Below, piece after piece: positions 30,347-33,833 of a DNA stretch of 33,833 nt. The notes below the pieces were generated by a model, which did no database searches, was not told the DNA's origin, and saw only the letters and a list, made by a program, of their open reading frames with translations. Where the stretch lies: IMG/VR virus record IMGVR_UViG_3300010331_000009; one strand, given 5' to 3'. Origin of the DNA: a virus. The position numbers and the translations under genes are program-made. Within the stretch, counting starts at the first letter, position 1, and the number at the start of each line of letters is the position of its first letter.

Positions 30347-31596
30347 TGGAGACGCTACGGGTCTATAAGGCAGGCTTGGCCGAGTTCTCCGAGATCACCA
30401 GCGCAACGCTCGGGGGGTTCTCGGACCTGACTATCAACCAGGTGCGCAACGGCCCGGGCGGACTGACGGTCGGACTCGCCGCCACGACCATCGCCATGTT
30501 GCACGCGTGGGTGGGCGAAGCGTCCAGGGTGGAACTCTGGGCGGACGGGGTCAGGCAGTCCGCCTACGTGGTGGACAAGCACAGCCCACGATGGGGATCC
30601 CTCACGGCCACGCTCGATTGCGTGGGTGCGATGATCCACGCTCAGACTCCCACCACCACCGTCGACTACGACGCTTTGACAACACCGCTGGCGGCGGCGT
30701 TCCAGGCACTCGTGGCGAAGGTCCCGCAGTGGGTCTGGAATCCTGCCAACGTCAACCTCCTCGACGCTCAGGCGAGCGGCAAGTACGACAAGGCTTCGGT
30801 GCTCACGGTGCTCCAGGACCTCGCCGAGTCAAAGCTCGTGACCGTCTGGATCGATGACGACAACGAGTTCCACGCCGAACGTCTGGACATGGCACCCACC
30901 GCCGCCCTCGAGCTTCGTACGACGGAGTTCCCGGACGGTGCGATCGTCGAGTTCGAGCCCACGTTCACCCTCGCGAAGCGCGAGATGAAGCTCGAGGTCA
31001 TCCACGACCCGACGCTTCGGGTCGGCATGAAGGTCAACGTGCTCGGCGTGGGTGACGGACGGCCTTACCTCGACGTCATACAGCAGATCACGTCGACCAT
31101 CGGCGAGGAGACCGACGAACTGCTGCTTGGCTACCTGCCCCCCGTCATCGTCGTGCAGGATAAGCCCCTACCAACCACAGACCAACCCGGCAAGACGCTC
31201 ACCACAGACGCGAACGGCGACCCTGCATGGACCGACCCTGCGGAGGCGGCAGCCGCGGCGACTGAGGACTACCTCGACGACCTTCCCGACGCCGCAGGAA
31301 ACCCCGGGGGCGGCAGAGCTCCAGATCAGGTACTAACGACCGATGCCGCAGGCAACCACGTCTGGGTCAGTAAGAGCAGCCTGGCCGGCGGAAACAGCCT
31401 GTCGCTCTGGTACGCGCAGATTGTGAGCTGGAACCCCGGCGGCGGCATCTTGGGTGTCAGTCACGGGGGCTTCACATGGGGGATGGATTGCGCCCTCGGC
31501 TGTACCACCGCGATCGGGGTCTGGGTCTGGTGCATCTGGGACCAGGCAGCGGAAAAGGGCCTTGCAGTATCCGAACGCTTCTTCGCTACGGACTAG
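30343..31596 (+). CDS. Minor tail / tail-tip protein (only gene between the tape measure and the lysis genes)
   Basis: ATGA overlap start. The C-terminal half has two copies of a (K/Q)xLTTDAxG(D/N)xxW motif (KTLTTDANGDPAW; QVLTTDAAGNHVW), as seen in actinophage minor tail proteins. Confidence 0.7.
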   Translation: MMETLRVYKAGLAEFSEITSATLGGFSDLTINQVRNGPGGLTVGLAATTIAMLHAWVGEASRVELWADGVRQSAYVVDKHSPRWGSLTATLDCVGAMIHAQTPTTTVDYDALTTPLAAAFQALVAKVPQWVWNPANVNLLDAQASGKYDKASVLTVLQDLAESKLVTVWIDDDNEFHAERLDMAPTAALELRTTEFPDGAIVEFEPTFTLAKREMKLEVIHDPTLRVGMKVNVLGVGDGRPYLDVIQQITSTIGEETDELLLGYLPPVIVVQDKPLPTTDQPGKTLTTDANGDPAWTDPAEAAAAATEDYLDDLPDAAGNPGGGRAPDQVLTTDAAGNHVWVSKSSLAGGNSLSLWYAQIVSWNPGGGILGVSHGGFTWGMDCALGCTTAIGVWVWCIWDQAAEKGLAVSERFFATD

Positions 31597-31673
31597 AACA
31601 GAAGGGCGTTCGGATACTGACCGCCGCCGCATCCTTGACCTAGAACCTAACCCGACCTTGGAGTGAGTGCCTG

Positions 31674-32081
31674 ATGCCCGATTTCTCCGTAGTGATCGAT
31701 TACGCCGCCATACTCTCTGCGGCAGTCGCTCTGCTGGGGGGGCTCTACATCGCCCGAAACAAGGCCGCCATCGAGAACTACCGACTGACGGTCGAGTCGC
31801 AGGGAGTCCGGCTCAAGACCCAAGAAGCAGAGATGACCACGATGAAGGAGTCCGGCGTCGAGATGAGCCGGCGGCTCGACGAGCTGGCGGGCCAGCGCGA
31901 GGGGTACGAGTTCGCCGCCGAGGTGTTCGCCCGAGCAGTCGCCAGCGCGGGGATCTGCGCGATCGCATGGGAGTGCCGCGGCCGCGTGCTACCGCAGTCA
32001 ACAGCGCCCAAGGCGAATTGGCGCGGCAACATGGATGTCCCGCCGCGCGACGTCCCGGGCGCGACAAGCAGCGGAGGCTGA
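31674..32081 (+). CDS. Holin-like/lysis-associated membrane protein (single N-terminal TM plus coiled coil)
   Basis: TM segment VVIDYAAILSAAVALLGGLYIA. The gene lies immediately upstream of the endolysin. The alternative frame 31667..32110 is Arg-rich noise. Confidence 0.6.
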   Translation: MPDFSVVIDYAAILSAAVALLGGLYIARNKAAIENYRLTVESQGVRLKTQEAEMTTMKESGVEMSRRLDELAGQREGYEFAAEVFARAVASAGICAIAWECRGRVLPQSTAPKANWRGNMDVPPRDVPGATSSGG

Positions 32082-32082
32082 C

Positions 32083-32739
32083 ATGCAGTACAGAGCAACC
32101 ACCGGTGTGAACCTCCGCTCGGGAGCGAGCACCAAGTACCGCGTCATCGTGACCCTGCCGAAGGGCACGATCCTCACACGCACCGGTATAGGCAAGGGCT
32201 GGGTGCGCGGCAAGGTCACGCTCGGCGGCAAGATCTACAGGGGCTGGTCGTCCCTCACCTACATGCACCTCGTGGTGGCTCCTGCAACCCCGCCGGCGCT
32301 GGATACCAAGCCGCACCTGCCGCGCAGGATCTCCAACGCGGCGCGCTACCTGAAGTACGGCCTGACGCAGAAGGCCGTCGCTAAGCGCCTCGTGTGGGTC
32401 AACCTGTTCGGACACCGCGTCGCACTGCACCAGGCCGTCGCGGGGCGCTACGCGGCCTGGGAGGCCGATGTTCGCGCATGGGAGCGTGTCCACGGGCTCA
32501 AGGCGTGGCAGCCGCGCGTCGTGCAGACGTTCTGCTGGCGGCTGATGCGTGGCTCCAAGTCGAGATCGCTGCACTCATGGGCACTCGGCCCAGACTTCGA
32601 TCCCGCGACGAACGGGCAGGGATCGCACAAGACCGACATCCCTGACTACGTGCGGGTGCTAGCGCGCCACAACGGCATCATGCCGGGCTACGACTTCAAG
32701 TCCACACCCGACCCGATGCACTTCGAGTACGCCGGCTAG
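32083..32739 (+). CDS. Endolysin: N-terminal SH3b-like domain plus C-terminal M15-family peptidase
   Basis: GCGGAGG precedes ATG 32083. The N-terminus ATTGVNLRSGASTKYRVIVTLPKGTIL...GWVRGKV is SH3b-like. The C-terminus has SLHSWALGPDFD and DPMHFEY, M15 zinc-ligand contexts. Confidence 0.8.
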   Translation: MQYRATTGVNLRSGASTKYRVIVTLPKGTILTRTGIGKGWVRGKVTLGGKIYRGWSSLTYMHLVVAPATPPALDTKPHLPRRISNAARYLKYGLTQKAVAKRLVWVNLFGHRVALHQAVAGRYAAWEADVRAWERVHGLKAWQPRVVQTFCWRLMRGSKSRSLHSWALGPDFDPATNGQGSHKTDIPDYVRVLARHNGIMPGYDFKSTPDPMHFEYAG

Positions 32740-32770
32740 AAGCCTCTCTCGAGGCGGGCGGAATACAAAC

Positions 32771-32805
32771 ACGAAGCCGCTCCACTACAGCGTGGGCGGC
32801 TTCGT
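32771..32805. terminator. Bidirectional terminator hairpin between the convergent endolysin and lipoprotein genes
   Basis: ACGAAGCCGC (32771-32780) pairs with GCGGCTTCGT (32796-32805). There is an inner CCAC/GTGG extension. Confidence 0.6.
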
Positions 32806-32877
32806 CGTAATGAAATGTTCCAGGAGGAATGTCCCGAGACTTTCTGAATTCTTCTAGACACCCGTAACATGCCATTC

Positions 32878-33246
32878 TCAGGGGTTCGGCGTCCACCGAT
32901 CGAAGGGACTCAGGTTCTCGGCCAACACCCATACCGACGTGGCATTCGGGCACCCGGTGACGACATTGAGTGCCATTGCCTCGGCTACGTCGCCGTTCGG
33001 TTCGGTGTCAGCGAGCGATGTCCATACCTTCACCTCGCCCTTGTACGCTGTCACCTCTCGCACGTTCGCGCCTAATCCCTCCGGGCTTCCGATCTTCGAA
33101 AGTGCCCGCTCGGCGAGCGTGACGTCCGCTGTCGCCATGGCGCTCTTAGCACTCTCTGGTGACGACAGGTCCGGCCCGGCGTCACCACATCCCACAAGGG
33201 CCACAACCATGAATAGAGTAGCCACGAGCCTCACGAACATCCTCAT
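32878..33246 (-). CDS. Lipoprotein (moron/lysogenic-conversion candidate)
   Basis: GGAG lies 5 nt before ATG 33246. Signal peptide plus lipobox MRMFVRLVATLFMVVALVGC. Reverse strand relative to the late genes. Confidence 0.75.
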   Translation of the reverse strand: MRMFVRLVATLFMVVALVGCGDAGPDLSSPESAKSAMATADVTLAERALSKIGSPEGLGANVREVTAYKGEVKVWTSLADTEPNGDVAEAMALNVVTGCPNATSVWVLAENLSPFDRWTPNP

Positions 33247-33272
33247 GATTCTCCGATCGTTGCGATGTGGGT

Positions 33273-33566
33273 CTACGGGTTGCAAACGCTGCATGCCGTG
33301 AGCCCAGCAGATTGCGCCTGACCCAGACTCATGGCGATCTTACTTCTGCTGAGGTATCGGCAGCCGTCGGCGTGGTACTTAGCGCCAGTCCGGGTGCCGT
33401 ACACGGTTTGCTCCACCGGAGCCTCGGCGGGAGCCTCGATCGGTTGCGTCTGAACTGCCGGCGCGTTCGACTGGGGAGTTGTCGAGGTGGGCGCCGAAGA
33501 ACAGCCCGGAACAAACATGGCGAACGCGAGACACAGTGCGAGCAACCACCTGTAGGACTGGCGCAT
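33273..33566 (-). CDS. Lipoprotein with a C-terminal YH..GC...(19)..C..C motif (moron candidate)
   Basis: Start ATG 33566 (alternative 33587). Lipobox LAFAMFVPGC. The C-terminus is GAKYHADGCRYLSRSKIAMSLGQAQSAGLTACSVCNP. Confidence 0.7.
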   Translation of the reverse strand: MRQSYRWLLALCLAFAMFVPGCSSAPTSTTPQSNAPAVQTQPIEAPAEAPVEQTVYGTRTGAKYHADGCRYLSRSKIAMSLGQAQSAGLTACSVCNP

Positions 33567-33617
33567 CTTGGTACCCCCGTCGGACATCGAACGCCCGTTC
33601 ACCTCGCACCCCTGCGA

Positions 33618-33639
33618 GATGTGCAACTGATGTGCATCG
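33618..33639 (+). promoter_or_regulatory. Paired ATGTGCA direct repeats (candidate integrase arm-type site, left of core)
   Basis: GATGTGCAactgATGTGCATCG, with ATGTGCA at 33619 and 33630 (11-bp phasing). Same orientation as 185-206. Confidence 0.5.
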
Positions 33640-33710
33640 TAGCGTCACGAGGGCAGTCTACCGCAACTAGACCATTTCGGACTCTTTAGGACTTCACCGG
33701 ACACAACCCG

Positions 33711-33833
33711 CAATCTGACCTGCGCTTATCGTGTCTTGTGATAGACCACACTGAACTATGCAGGACTCCGCCGAACTCCCCACAGGGTTCTGCAAAGCCC
33801 TTATCCCCGGTTCGAATCCGGGCGTCGCCTCCA
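33711..33833 (+). repeat. Right copy of 123-bp direct repeat (att site, attR-like)
   Basis: Identical to 1-123. The window ends at the last base of the repeat. Confidence 0.9.
33790..33833 (+). tRNA. Second copy of the tRNA-Cys(GCA) 3' half (fragment)
   Basis: Identical to 80-123 and lies inside the right direct repeat. Confidence 0.65.

Larger units (their letters stand above)
1..33833. mobile_element. Complete temperate siphovirus-type phage/prophage (HK97-like head module), integrase to lysis plus moron genes, bounded by 123-bp direct repeats
   Basis: Full lysogeny, early, packaging, head, neck, tail and lysis gene order. Identical 123-bp repeats lie at both window ends, with the integrase next to the left repeat. 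Confidence 0.9.

Noticed and set aside
31667-32110. An alternative 147-aa frame over the holin-like gene
   Set aside because: It is an Arg/Pro/Gly-rich product. The 31674 frame gives a TM helix plus coiled coil and ends just before the endolysin ribosome-binding site.

Overview
This GC-rich (by eye, not computed) 33.8-kb window is essentially one complete temperate, siphovirus-type phage or prophage, probably of a high-GC Gram-positive (Actinobacteria-like) host. It is bounded by identical 123-bp direct repeats (1-123 and 33711-33833). Each repeat ends in the 3' half of a tRNA-Cys(GCA).

Gene order, left to right:
- Lysogeny: att/tRNA-Cys half, a tRNA-side terminator, tyrosine integrase (-), and a CI/LexA-like S24 repressor (-), divergent from a cro-like HTH gene (+).
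- Early operon: excisionase-like HTH, a replication-organizer-like gene carrying a composite origin (tandem repeats plus perfect DnaA boxes), RusA, an SLT-like membrane protein, a holin-like membrane protein, and an 808-aa ParB-N-domain protein.
- About 15 small translationally coupled genes, including an ASCH protein.
- Packaging and head: two tandem HNH endonucleases, TerS (P27-like), TerL, a small membrane protein, an HK97-type portal, a ClpP-like prohead protease, and an HK97-type major capsid protein.
- An inserted block with visibly lower codon-third-position GC: a third HNH, a secreted protein, a LamG/jelly-roll protein and a repeat protein.
- Neck and tail: neck genes, major tail protein, G/GT tail chaperones, tape measure, and a single tail-tip gene.
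- Lysis and morons: a holin-like gene, an SH3b-M15 endolysin, a bidirectional terminator, and two reverse-strand lipoprotein genes.

I saw no complete tRNA, rRNA or CRISPR array.

The items most worth a second look:
- The att repeats carry phage-side sequence, not a tRNA 5' half, upstream of the tRNA-Cys 3' half.
- The origin has two perfect inverted DnaA boxes, and the phage encodes no recognisable replication enzymes.
- The 8-mer GCTGACAC recurs in sense orientation at late-operon gene junctions. This includes a 31-bp leader duplicated directly against two start codons.
- The G/T tail-chaperone frameshift needs +1 or -2 rather than -1.
- A compositional island of carbohydrate-binding-type genes sits in the head-neck junction, while the tail-tip module is reduced to one gene.
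- The orphan giant ParB-like protein.

All functional calls rest on motif and architecture recognition from the translated ORFs. No homology search was run.
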